This document shows positions 1 through 11,860 of a DNA stretch of 64,000 nucleotides, in pieces. Location: assembly GCA_026023565.1 (NCBI GenBank), contig JAPETS010000035.1, positions 124,001 through 188,000 of the forward strand, read 5' to 3'. The stretch comes from Cirrosporium novae-zelandiae (taxonomy: Eukaryota). Both the position numbers and the translations under genes were made by a program. Every line of letters starts with the position of its first letter. Within the stretch, counting starts at the first letter, position 1. Under the pieces are notes generated by a model. That model saw only the letters and a program-made list of their open reading frames with translations. It searched no databases and had not been told where the DNA came from.

Positions 1-2448
1 GTGAGCCGTACCAGGGGGAGCAGAAGAATAACTTGGGTCCCAATGCCGCACCCCAGAAACAGTCGATGGAAGCTGATTGTCGAAAGATGATGGATTGAAT
101 CGTGGCATACTATTGGTTGGTGCCGAATATTGAATATTGGGCTGAGTAATAGGATTTTGAGCGTAATGCGCGGGAAAGTATTGTTGATTTGGTGGTTGAG
201 ATATTTGAATGTAAGGCGCCGACGAATTAACCTGGCGGATATCATAATCGAATGAACCACCGCCAGCAGCAGGTGGACTACTGGCATCGAAGTATGGAGG
301 AGAATTTGCATGGCTATGAGTAGAAGCCGTTGACAACGGAGGAGGGGTAGGAGCTTCCGGGGTAGGGATATTTGTAGGTCCGTTGCAGGGTGACTGGCCT
401 ACTTGGGAGTTCGTAGAAGGTTCGTCGTAAGCTTTGAGGCAGGCGTTTATGAGATTTCGATAGAGCATCAAGGCCGAAGTTACACCAGGCCATCTCTCAG
501 AAGCAGTGGAAACGGCTTCTAGCACAGTTTCCAAATGCTTGGTGACCTCTTCCTTTGGGTTTTCGTGCCTAACTTCAGGATATGAAAGTGACCAAAGCAG
601 CGTATTGAGAGCCATGAACATTGACTGTGTGAATATCCAGGTCAGATCCACGGATTTCTTGGCAATCTGCCCATGTTGTAGATAGATGTTGAATCGGGAG
701 GCTTCAAAGCAAAGCTTAGCAGCTCGGACGGAAGGGTTGGGTATTTGAGGAGAAGGTCGAAATAAAAGAACGATCATTGTGTTTAGTCTTCCCTGAAACC
801 TAACCAATGTCAGTAACATTTCACCCATAACCTCGGACGCGAATAGACGACGTCTTGTCCTAAGAGAAAGAGGTCTTACCACGCGTCACTAAGGCCGCTT
901 CCCTCATCATTCTTAGGGCATGAATCCTTCCAGGTTCTTATCTTTTGTTCCATCTCGATAAACCATGAATGCTGGTCATTCTGTGGTTCTGGTCGCTTCT
1001 TGAGATACAGCATCCTTCTCATCTCTGCTTGAAGTAATCTCATTTTGAAGAAGTGTATTGCAATTCTCTTTTTCATAATTGGAGGGCTTCCTGGAATAAC
1101 TCCATTGGCTGTAATGTTCCTATCATCCACCGGCTCAAAGAAACCAACATTGATATGATCAAAAGAAATCCCGAAAGCACTTGGACGGCCTAGACTATGG
1201 GAAAGGCCAAATTCCATGGACGTAATGATCCAGAAAAGCCTCCGGCGCATATCCACTTGAAGGGGGTTCAGCTTTGTTCCTGATGGATCGTGAGTAATGG
1301 TAGCCTCGTCATTGATTCTCAACTCCTGACAGAGTCTAGCAGCGAGTCCAATTACCCAGAAAGCCGCAGTACGAGTTGGTGTAACCATAGAATATTGAGC
1401 AATTAGTGCAAAGCACTGTAAAGTCCCTAGATCCATTCTCTTGACTACGTCTTCCATATAAGGTAATGCTGCAACATAATAGCTGTCTGCCAAGCCCGCA
1501 TATTGGATATCATGCTTCTGCAAGCTAATAGCAATAACCATCCGTACGATAAAATTCTGATAGGCATCGGGCGATCCATTGTAGACATCTTCCACGTCTT
1601 GGCGAAAAGTAGGTTCATGCAGCGTCGGTAACATATATTGAGCTGAATACATTGTCAGTGTTGTTTTCTTAGCAGACTGTGACTGTATACGGCATTGTAC
1701 GAACCTTTGACATTGAAAGCAGCCACAAGCGTATCGGTTAGTTCACGCTTAGGCAAATGTGGGGCTGCAACTGAGCTGGTCAGGGGATAAACCTTTGAAG
1801 TAGGTTTCTGGCTCTCCTGTTTGAACTTATCCTTGATCGCCTTGGCTTTGGTATCTGGTACGATATCTTTAATGGTATGGGCTTTCATGTTTTTCTTCGC
1901 AAAGTCCATCACAAGGCGAGTTATGGCTATCCCACTTGAAGGACCTAGAAACCTCGATTCCTCATTTTCTTTGAATTTGATTAGACCAGCGCTTCGTACC
2001 ATTACCTCTGGATCAGCTAAAGATGCATCCTCCGCCTCCGCACGGGATAGCTCTTCCTCCAGTTCGCGTACCTTTTTCTCCAAATGGATAATATAAGTTC
2101 TCGAGATTTTTTTGCCTCTACTTGTATCATAGTACTCGCAGGGCGATGATGTACGTTCACAAGGGCCACACCGAGGGAGACCAACATCGCATTTTGCTTT
2201 CCTCTACACCATGTTAATAGACGCCTCGCCATCGCAGGTACCAATGAGAAGAGCGATATTTATTGACAGTACAAAGCGGACTATAGAGTAGAGATGGAGA
2301 TACTAACCTGTCGACACCGGCAACAGGCGGTTAGTGTATGAGCAATTCTCCCATGGGTCTTTTCCTCTTTGCCGTTGGAGGAATCCATGGCATCTGGTTG
2401 AGCTTTAGACCCATTGGTTCTCACCTGAGATGAGGTTATTTGAGCCAT
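1..2448 (-). CDS. Zn(II)2Cys6 transcription factor with fungal-specific TF domain (Ppr1/UaY-like architecture); 3' end runs off the window
   Basis: Splicing introns 2204-2307, 1643-1704 and 800-879 gives ACCRCRQ|RKAKCDVGLPRCGPCERTSSPC (six-Cys cluster) and the fungal_trans motif DMRRRLFWIITSMEFGLSHSLGRPSAF. The start codon is uncertain (2448, 2502, or a downstream Met). Confidence 0.9.
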
Positions 2449-3714
2449 CAGAATTTCAGCGTCTTTCACAAGTTCTTCTGATATCTTGACCTCGAATGCC
2501 ATGCAAAAAGGAAAATCTTTTGAAGGGATGGATGCGAGAAAAGCCTTGCGCGAATTACGCTCGACTTTGTGTAACACAGTGACACCTAACCCACGATTCA
2601 AAAGGTTGTCGCAATAGAAAGGGGTGAGAAGAAACTGGAAGACCTCGGGGGGATTATTCCTGTGGCATATCTCAACAGAACGACTGGGGAGAAACAAATT
2701 TGCTGCAAGGGAAAATGTTGGTTGACGATTTGGTGAGCGGAAGTTGCTTTTTTTTTTAGGTCAGTGGCATTCTGCGCATCGGAAATGAACAAACACGAAG
2801 CATTGCAACATGGCAAGCTGATTCGTTTGGGTAGGGGATTATCAAATTTTGTGAGAAATGCTCTAGAAGCTCTATGAAGCCTCCGCAATAAAGAATATAG
2901 TTTAGAATTCTCGTATGATAATAATGAAGGATAAATAATGTGAATAGTTCAGCACGTTCAGTCACGGACTGCAGACAGGACAATCAATGAAAGGAAAGGC
3001 TATTGAGGCCTGGCTTTCTGGTGGGGTCGAGGGGCTAAGAGATTATTACCGCGCCATGCCATTTGAGGAATAGACAAGTTCATTCCGGGTAATTATCAAA
3101 GTTCCCGGATGCCTTACGCTCAGTAATTAATGAAAGTAAAAATGGTAAAATGGTCAGGGGGTATTTCGCTTAGATAAAATACTTTTATTATTACGGGCCG
3201 ATTGTTGCCATCCAGGTGTATCATTTGTCGCCCTATACGAAAAAGTACGAACCTTTGGGAAGAATATCTGATAAGGCTGACCTATGAACTGATCTTATAC
3301 TTGTTAGTTCCTCCACTTCCCTCCGCCCATCTAAATACCTTTCTTCCCGATACGTTCCCTTGATTCCCCCGCAAATTCAATTCAAGTGAGAATAAAAATA
3401 AAAAAACCCGTCCCAACGCTTTAAAGTATGAGCAGTTATCTCAATAATCATTGTCACTGGCTATCATCCCAAAACTTTTAACTCAATATACTTTATCTAG
3501 ACAGCTCCAGAAGAGGTCCAGTTACTCAACCTTTTACCTGTTTTTTCTTTGTTGTTCTGGACCTGGCAGTGGGGAATCGCGAGTCGGCAACTGTTTTCCC
3601 TTTGACCCACGCGTCGTCTATCTTCTACCATCCATCATCCATCGCTTAGGATTTGATGAATTTCCTCTCCCCTCCCACCACATCACAGCAGTGCCGCTGC
3701 ACATGCGACCCTAA

Positions 3715-5925
3715 ATGTCGACCTCTCCAGCGTTGGAAAGACCACTGTTGCGGGTAAGCCGCCCAGTGTCGGCTTGCTCTCGGTGCAGAAATGCCAAAAT
3801 CAAATGCGACGGGAGGCTACCTGCTTGTACAGCCTGTGAACGTGCTGGAAAGGAAAATGAATGCTCCAGTGCAAATGATCAGTTTGCCAAAGGAAAAGAA
3901 CGCAGCTATGTTGGTTCATTGGAAGGAAAAGCCGAGAGACTCGAGAAACGACTGGCAGAGTTGCGGAGGCGCAAGTCTTCGGTCATTATGCAAGATGCGA
4001 ATCAAATTCCCCCGAACTTTTTTAATAATCTCCTGCCTGTGATAGCTCCTCACCCGCAGGTCTCAAGGCATGGTCGGCAGGAGCAACGAAAAGAGGTTTC
4101 GAGTGTGGATGATTTGGTTGCCGACTTTGGCTTCCTGTAAGTGTGCGCCTGCATAACTTCATGCAAAATAATGATTTCTGAGCCTGCTCTAGGTCTGTAA
4201 ATGCTACCGCTAGAGACTTTCATGGTTTCACCGAATCAATGTCATATCCAAAGCTGCTTCTTGCCTCAGCATCAGTAGCCCCGATATCACATCCTTCCGC
4301 TGAGCGATTCCCTCCTCGTTATAGTGCGACTCCGCTTATCCAGCACTATCTTGATAACATTTATATATTACTCCCTTTCATGCCCGAAACATCTCTATGG
4401 TCATCTGTGGATCGAGTCTATCACAACGATGGATCAAACGCTACCCCTTACGATCACTGGACCGTTCGGATGGTTCTAGCTATAGCCGCAGCTTCATTAT
4501 CTCAGAAGAAAGGAGATACGTATAATCTTATTGCCATTTCCCATCTGAGCGCAGCTCTAAATTATGCGGAGAGTGTATTGCATCCTGGATCAGTCATTGG
4601 GATTCAAGCCTTACTTCTGCTTGTTGAATACTCGATGCTAGACCCCGAACATTTTAAGAGTTGGTTCTTGATTGGAATGGCATCTAGAGCTATGGTTGAT
4701 CTTGGTCTCCATCAGGATCCATGCGAGAAGATGCAAACAAATAAAGCAGCGTTAGATGTACGACGACAAGTGTTCTATTGTGTGCATGCCCTAGACAGGT
4801 GTGTTTCCATTGAACCTGACACGAACTCACTTACTGATACTCGCTTGTAGGTGGATTAGTATGACTCACTCCAGGAGTTTCTCCTTTACAGACGATTCTG
4901 CACGGGTTGAGTATCCATCTATTCCAGATTTCGCACTGTCGACGAGATTTGGGCTAGAAAACGCACAGCTCTTCCGACAGACGCTGGATCCTGCCTTGAA
5001 TTTGTTCAAGATTCGTCAAATCCAGTCAACATGGTATCAAGAACTCAACCAATCCAGCCGGATTCCCAATCCAAATCCAGAACGTTTTATATGGTCTGTG
5101 TGTCATGAAATGCTTGCATGGTTCCAAGATATCCCTGGGACTACCCCTCAGCCACTTCTGAACCTCTTCGAACTTGAGCTTTACTATAGCTATATAACCG
5201 CATGTGCGCCGTCCTGCAAGATTCCTTCCATTTCTGATTTCAACAAAATCCTTGTTTTTGAGTACAGCATTCAGTATGCGGAGAAACTATGCTTTACCAT
5301 ACACGCTCCTCGGGTGCACGCCTTTTTTACATATTATGAGGTCCTCCGAGCCCACTTTGTCGGAAAACTGTTCCTGGACATTCTCTGGATGAGCTATGAC
5401 CAAATTCTTAGTTCAAGCACACCGAAAATTCTTTCATTGTCATCAGAGTCAATATCTCCACCGCCGCTTCCACCAGGGGACAGGACTAATAATGCAACCC
5501 GTGCCACCAATTGCATCACCAGTCTCATGACGGTCATGGAATATAGCCATCAACGCTGGCCTGATGTCACTCCTAGTGTCCGTGATGCTTTTGAGAAAGA
5601 GTCGGCTCTCATGTTAGGGAAGCTGAAATTCAAACAGCCCCAGGAGATTTCTATCCCTTATAAATCTCAGACATCAAAATCCCCCACAAGACGTAGTAAA
5701 GGGTCAGCAGAAACGGCACCGCCACATTTTACCTCATCGACCGTAAAGAAAAAACGAAGCTCTGCGGAAGAACCACCACCACCGTACCTTTCTAGAGACG
5801 GGAGTATCTTTCAGCCCGACCCGAAGCGAGAGCATGTTCCCACACTGCAATGGCATAACTCGGGCGTCAGCGACACTTCATCCACAGGAATTGGATTTGG
5901 ATACCAGGAGTTTGGAAATATGTGA
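3715..5925 (+). CDS. Zn(II)2Cys6 transcription factor with fungal-specific TF domain
   Basis: ACSRCRNAKIKCDGRLPACTACERAGKENEC cluster. Introns 4137-4192 and 4799-4850 join three ORFs in frame. Motif DVRRQVFYCVHALDR|WISMTHSR. Confidence 0.92.
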
Positions 5926-6339
5926 GAACAGGATATTTTGAACTTTGGAGTTGGCCAAAAGATCGTCATGGTGTTAATCATCCACTTGAAGTGGAAGGGG
6001 TACGTGAGACTTATGGATTCAGAATTGGAGTGGTAAAAAATAAAAAGTGCTAAGCGTTTCAGCGGTGGGCTATACGCAACCTTATGATTGACTAGATAGT
6101 GAATTCTCGCGATATGTTGTCCCGTTGTATTATCAACCAGGTAATGAACAAATCTTTTTTTTTTGCCCAATGATATTTCCGCGGAATAATTCCATGAAAT
6201 TTAAAGCGATGGCAATTGCGGATGTTGATGTAACAAAAATAGCGATTCATAAGAAATTACTAACAAGTTACTCTTCATCACGCTACACACGAACAGTCCT
6301 TGGTTAATTTTCTACCGCTTCACATCTACCCTTGTCCTG

Positions 6340-7421
6340 CTACATGGCCAATTCTCTCTTCATAGCTGCCCCGACCAACTCCACCGCCATCTTCGCCGTC
6401 TCTCCCCCCCTGGTTCCTTCTAACATAACAAAATCATGTATAACGCCTACCGCCCTAAAAACCGCACACTCGACCCCGGCTCCCTGTAAAAGCTCTGCAA
6501 ACATCTCTCCCTCCTCTCTCAACGGATCAACCCCCGCCGTTACAATCAGAGACTTTGGCTGCGTTTGCTTTACCTGTTCTTTTGTCATTGAGAGTGGGGA
6601 GATGAGAATGTCGGTTGCGCGAGAGGACTCGGATATGGTGACAGGGAGGAAGGTGTTTACCATCCATCGGAGGAGGGGGACAGAGAGGTAGGGTCCATCG
6701 GCAAAGGTTTCGTAAGTAGATGTTGTAAAGGCCGTGGAGATTTGGGTGACGGGGTAGAAAAGGGATTGGTGGGTTGGTAGAGGAAGGGAGGCGCGGGAGA
6801 GAAGTGTGCTGATGGCGATAGACATGTGACCTGGGTTCAACAAAGGTGAGTGAAGGAGGGTCGCAACGGTCAAGGTTCGGAGCTCTAAGGATACTTGGTT
6901 CAAGTTCCAAGGAACGACTTACCCCCAGCACTATCCCCAACAAACACATATCTCTCTGTTGTTATCCCCATCCGCTTCCCGTTTTCAAGAAAATACTTTA
7001 TCACCGCAAACACCTCCTCAAACTGCGCTGGATACTGGGCCTCCGGCGCAGGCGTATAATACGGAAACACAATAGCAGCACCCGAAAGCCGTGTCAGGTC
7101 TCGAACAAGGCTGTCATGGGTATGCGGACTTCCCAGAACCCAGCCCCCGCCGTGGAAGTAAAATGCTAGCGGCAATGGCTCTGCAGTTACTGTTTTTGCC
7201 GTGGGACGATAAATAAACGTCGATACTGGCTTTCCTGAGGGTCCGTCCGGGACGGAGAGTTCATCGACTGTGATGTCATCCGGAGAGGGGATGGAATGCT
7301 GCTGGGCGGTTTCGAGAAATTCACGCGCGGAGGCGTAGGGTTGGGTGTAGAGAGGGGGTGCGCCGGATGCGGCGACGGCGTCGATGAAGGTTTGGCTGGC
7401 GGGGTCGAGGTAGGGTGCCAT
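6340..7421 (-). CDS. Alpha/beta hydrolase, hormone-sensitive lipase-like esterase (Abhydrolase_3)
   Basis: HGGGW oxyanion motif, GDSAGG nucleophile elbow, DPLREEG (Asp) and GVIHDF (His). Intron 6831-6922. Confidence 0.93.
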
Positions 7422-8067
7422 TTTTGCGAGTGGGTTTATGGATCGTGGATTGAGGGGTGGTGGGAAGGTTCGTTAAGCCTGAATGGGATAGCATAGGGAG
7501 AGGGAAAGTGGAGGGGCTATCTATATAATGGAGGGGTATAATAACAGTATAAATACGAGGGAATGATTATTCAATTAGACGAGAGGAAGTGAGGCATTTG
7601 CTAAGAGGCTTTGTCACCACGGTTGCATACATTAGAATCATTTCCGTATTTACTTGATCAATCATGGTGTGGATGGGTCAGCAAGGAGCGTTGACGGCTA
7701 TCAATTACTGGATTTAATTGGTATAGAGGAGTATCTATCTATGGGTCGCTGCATAATATACGATACTCACATATTCGCTGATAGTTATTGAGGGGTGATC
7801 TTCACTTGATATGCAATGATGTGTTGCAGGTTGAAGCTGCGGGGTTGCACTGAGTTGATGAGTAAGAGGGGACATGCAGGGCCAAGGCTTACGGCGCCGG
7901 GGGAGAAACAGGATGAATGGAGGGGAAAGAAAACCAGTGTAGACTGTGGTACACACAATGGTATATCACAGACTGTGAAATCAATCGTCCACGTTGGGGA
8001 AGCCTTCAGGTAAAAATGGTGATGGATATTGTTGTTGGTTGTACTTGTAGTAGCTTTGGTCGAGTCC

Positions 8068-8138
8068 CTTATCCAAAAGAACAATCTTATCTTATCTTAT
8101 CTTATCGAGTATGTTAAGCTTCTTGGTTTATCTTATCT
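8068..8138. promoter_or_regulatory. Cluster of GATA (TTATC) elements
   Basis: CTTATC at 8068, tandem (CTTAT)4C at 8086-8106 and TTATCTTATCT at 8128-8138, between the divergent esterase and GST genes. Confidence 0.35.
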
Positions 8139-9360
8139 GAACCCTAGATATAAGCCCACAACCCCTCGCGTCAAACTATGAGACCTATCTTCACACCAAA
8201 GAAACATGTACATAGTCTTCGTCATTTTCAACAAGAACATTAAATCATTAAATAACAGTGGATAAACATTTCGATCATCCTTCCAATGAAATAACCTGCA
8301 ACAAGTTCCAAGCTACTCTTTCGCGATATGACTCTATAATAAAACACTCCTCAAGGGGAATTGAAGAAGGGAGTGAGGATCCATTGGCATTCAATCCCCT
8401 TAGCCTACATTACTTTCGTTACAATGTATCGCCTACATGGGTTCGTGGGCAAGCCACATTGCACAAAGAAGAGCAGCTGCATAGGAATTGTTGAACTGCT
8501 GTTCCAAGTTTGGTCTCTCGCATAACACAAACTATACTTGAAGGACGATGGAAAGATAAAAACAATTGACTCATATATTCATCGACCAGACTATGGAGAT
8601 ACTAACATCGGAAAAGGGGCCACTATTGACAAAAGGAGAACCTCATACACTTAAAGTCTAGACAAATACCGATGGTATTTGCGAAAAAAGAGGAAGCGGA
8701 AGGATTGGGTTTGGTCGAAGAAGACACCAAACTCTTAAATGGATATCCCCTCTACCAATCTTCAGGCCTTCCACCTACAAGCCGAATGAGTTACTCGAAA
8801 AACAACCGGTGGGAATTAAAAATCCTGTGGCCGCTGAAGCTGGGGTGAGACTGGAGAACACAATCTTATCTGACTAAGATCAGTCTTACAGCAGGATCAC
8901 TACCAAAGTATCCTTCCCCAGAGATCTTAGACTTTCGGCAGATTACGGGATATCTTATCACGTACCCCTTTTTAAATATGTGGAAGGATCAAATTTTTGG
9001 CCACTTTGACTAGGGTTACTTGTTCCCGATAGGAAGTTAAATTTCTCCGCAGGCTGAGATCCAACTTTTAACGACTCGGATCTGTGCTCCGGTTTGAGAT
9101 AGCTTATACTAGTGGATATTCACACGTCCTCGGAGATGGTAGAGTCTTTACAAATACACGGCAGCAAATGTTGACATATCATACCAACAGGCTCGTCAAT
9201 GGGCGAGGCTAGATGTTAATGGACTCTGCCCTCTCCCCGGCCAGACGGCGTTTTCTACATATATAAGGGCCAGCAATGATTTAGACTCATGAGATGTGGT
9301 CTCTATATCTTGCACCAGAGCTTTCTCCAGATATTACAAGTATCCGACTATATATTCAAT

Positions 9361-10193
9361 ATGCCAACCTCTAAAACCTACGGTACCCCTTCAGCCGCCA
9401 ACGATGCTATTGGTGGCGTTCCCACCATTCACTACTTCGACTTCCAATCGCGTGGTCGAGGTCAAGTAGTCAGACTTCTCTGGGAAGATGCAGGAATTGC
9501 ATACAACGATGTGCGCTATTCATTTGACGAATATCCAGCGCATAAGCAAACTACCATTGCAGAGATGAACCCCGCAGAAACCATTCCCGTGATTAAGTTG
9601 AACGGGAAGACATTGACGCAGAGCTATGCGATCCTCAGACATTTCGCGCGACAGCTGGGGAAGTATGATGGCCAAACTAAGGAAGAACGGTATTGGGTCG
9701 ATGCCATGTGCGATTTGGCGAGTGATTGTATGTAGAACCAGACTAGACCAGACCAGACCAGACCAGACCCATCCATCCCTATCCTTACGCCCAACATCAT
9801 TTTCTAGAAATATCCCCAGCACCACCGAGAAGAAGCATAACACATCTAACAAAAAAACCAGGGCGCACCCTCTTCATCCTCGCCTTCTTCTCCCCCCAAA
9901 AAGCCCAAACCTATCCCGAACACATCCGCACCGACCGCGCCCGCTTCCTCAAAGCCCTCGAAACCCACCTTTCCTCATCGGAACTCTCACAACGGGGTCC
10001 CTATGTTATTGGGCAGGAAATCACCTATGCGGATCTGGTTATTTATCAGGTGTGCCATGATGAGCAGTTGACGCAGGAGGGGAGAAGGGGGCTTGTGGAG
10101 GGGGGGTATTTGAGGTTGAAAGAGTTGGTGGATGCGGTGGAGAGGAGGGAGGGGGTTAGGGGGTTTTTGGAGAGTGAGAGGTATTTGGGGTGA
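9361..10193 (+). CDS. Glutathione S-transferase
   Basis: N-domain HYFDFQSRGRGQVVRLLWEDAG...TIPVIKLNGKTLTQSYAILRH. Intron 9728-9861. Exon 2 has GQEITYADLVIYQ and ends at TGA 10191-10193. Confidence 0.9.
9738..9769. repeat. (CCAGA)n pentanucleotide microsatellite in the GST intron
   Basis: About 6 copies of CCAGA/CTAGA. Confidence 0.8.
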
Positions 10194-10243
10194 GGGGGAG
10201 ATGTGGGGATGGGGATTATTCAAGGGGGGATAAGTTGGGCTAT

Positions 10244-10275
10244 GGTCTGGTTGGTCTGGTCAGTTCCCTTCCCTG
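10244..10275. mobile_element. Solo terminal-inverted-repeat-like copy of the local hAT MITE family
   Basis: Reverse complement CAGGGAAGGGAACTGACCAGACC closely matches the MITE TIR CAGGGAAGGGAATGGACCAGACC at 16333. No partner TIR was identified. Confidence 0.45.
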
Positions 10276-10280
10276 AATAA

Positions 10281-10644
10281 TCATATCCAATTCATTCTTT
10301 CCAGATTCATCCACATCTGGTCTTCAGCCGCATCAGACTACAAAAAATAAAAAGTTAACAAATTTCCTTCCCTTTTCTTATAACTATAATATACACGTAG
10401 GAATAAGAGATAGAGACACACAACACAACATAACATACCTTGATCGCAATCCTCCCCAGAACCCCTCTTGTCCCATCGACTTCTTGATTCATCACCCTCG
10501 CAAGGCCATTAATCCTTGTAACCTTCCCTTCGATCGTGTCTAGATTGTTGGAGATCTCATTTTCCATTGCCTCGTCTTCGCTGTCGGGTTCGAATTGATA
10601 TTTCATTCTTTGGTGGGGTACTACCCGTGAGTGTGAATTAGGAG

Positions 10645-10683
<39 letters not shown>

Positions 10684-11860
10684 GGGAGGAATTATTAGGT
10701 TTTTGGTCGAGTTGAGGTTTTGTAAAGGGGGTGCGTTGGAGTGGATATGATGGTTGGTGTTGTTTGGTGATAATAATGAGGGCTTCTTCTTCTTCTTCTT
10801 CTTCCTCGCATTGTCGTCGCTGTCGTTGGCGTCGCGATCCGGCTGTGAAGGGGTTGTCTATGTGTACAGCGGCAAACATGGATGTGTTTAATCGTTTAAG
10901 CTGTGGGAGACTTGTGTTAGAAAAGTATTTTTGTTTAGTCCAAAGGAGATGTAACATGTATTGTACCTCCAAAGCCTTCTCCGCTACAAGTTTATTTTGT
11001 GTCTTAAGAGAAGAAGAAGAGAGTATTAGCGATAGAAGAAAACGTTCGCTCACGGGGTTGGGTTATTCAATTCCATTTGGACTTACTAATGCAAGGTCAA
11101 GCTGTTTCTCAGTGTTGTGCTTTACATTTTTTTAAGCGGTGGTTAGTAATTATTATTATTGTTATTGTTATTACTCTCTCTCTCTGATTAGTGGGAATAA
11201 AATAAAAATCCATTTTTTGCATACCAGTCTTTTATTTTGGGGTTCAAGTTTTGAGAGTGTATCGTGTGCCATGATCTCGACTTCGGTGGCAAAACGAAGA
11301 GTATTGCGAGTTGAGGTGATGTCTTGCTGCTTTATGTATTGTATCTCTTGTTTTGTTGCTTGGATGTCTTGTTCTTCTTTTTCTAATTCCGCAGTAGTCA
11401 TTGTTCGACGATTATCATAGCTATAGAGGTCAGGGGGTGGTCGTTCATATCCTCTTCTAGATTTTTGTCCTAGATAGACAGAGAGAGAGAGAGAGAGGGG
11501 TTAGCAAAAATTGGCCCATTTTGTAAAAGCAATTCCAAAAGGAAAGGGGAGGGACTAAGAAGAAGAAGAGCAACCGAAAACTGTATCATTCTTATTATGA
11601 CTTTTTGGAAGCAATTTGTTATTGTTCCGCACTTTAGGTGGTCCACCATATCCCTCCCCAAAAACAATTCCATAGCGATTTATCTGTGGTGGTGGTGGTG
11701 GCGCAGAATTTCTTACGGGCGGCCCATGACGTTTGGACATGCCAGTCCCATATGCTGAAGGGTTCTTCACCGAGGATCCATGTTGTTTATTATTATTATG
11801 TATCTGGCTATCACTATTTCTGGTCTTGGGAATAATAGGAGCTCGAATGGTATCATCCAT
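10281..11860 (-). CDS. SEC9: Diverged Sec9/SNAP-25-like Qbc SNARE, six exons, ~372 aa
   Basis: Exons 11575-11860, 11225-11469, 11087-11119, 10967-11002, 10439-10900 and 10281-10337 splice in frame (first donor weak). Product has EQDIQATKQEIQYIKQQDITSTRNTLR...PQNKRL|HNTEKQLDLAL|TQNKLVAEKALE|LKRLNTSMFAAVHIDNPFT and KYQFEPDSEDEAMENEISNNLD...|SDAAEDQMWMN, which are recognisable Sec9 blocks. Confidence 0.8.
10647..10684. repeat. (CAA)n microsatellite encoding poly-Gln in the Sec9-like linker
   Basis: Run of TTG on the + strand; Q12 in the translation. Confidence 0.9.

Noticed and set aside
3266..3274. ATCTGATAA, a SreA-type iron-repression motif, in the TF pair promoter (also at ~37740)
   Set aside because: About one hit is expected by chance in 64 kb, and there are no iron genes nearby.
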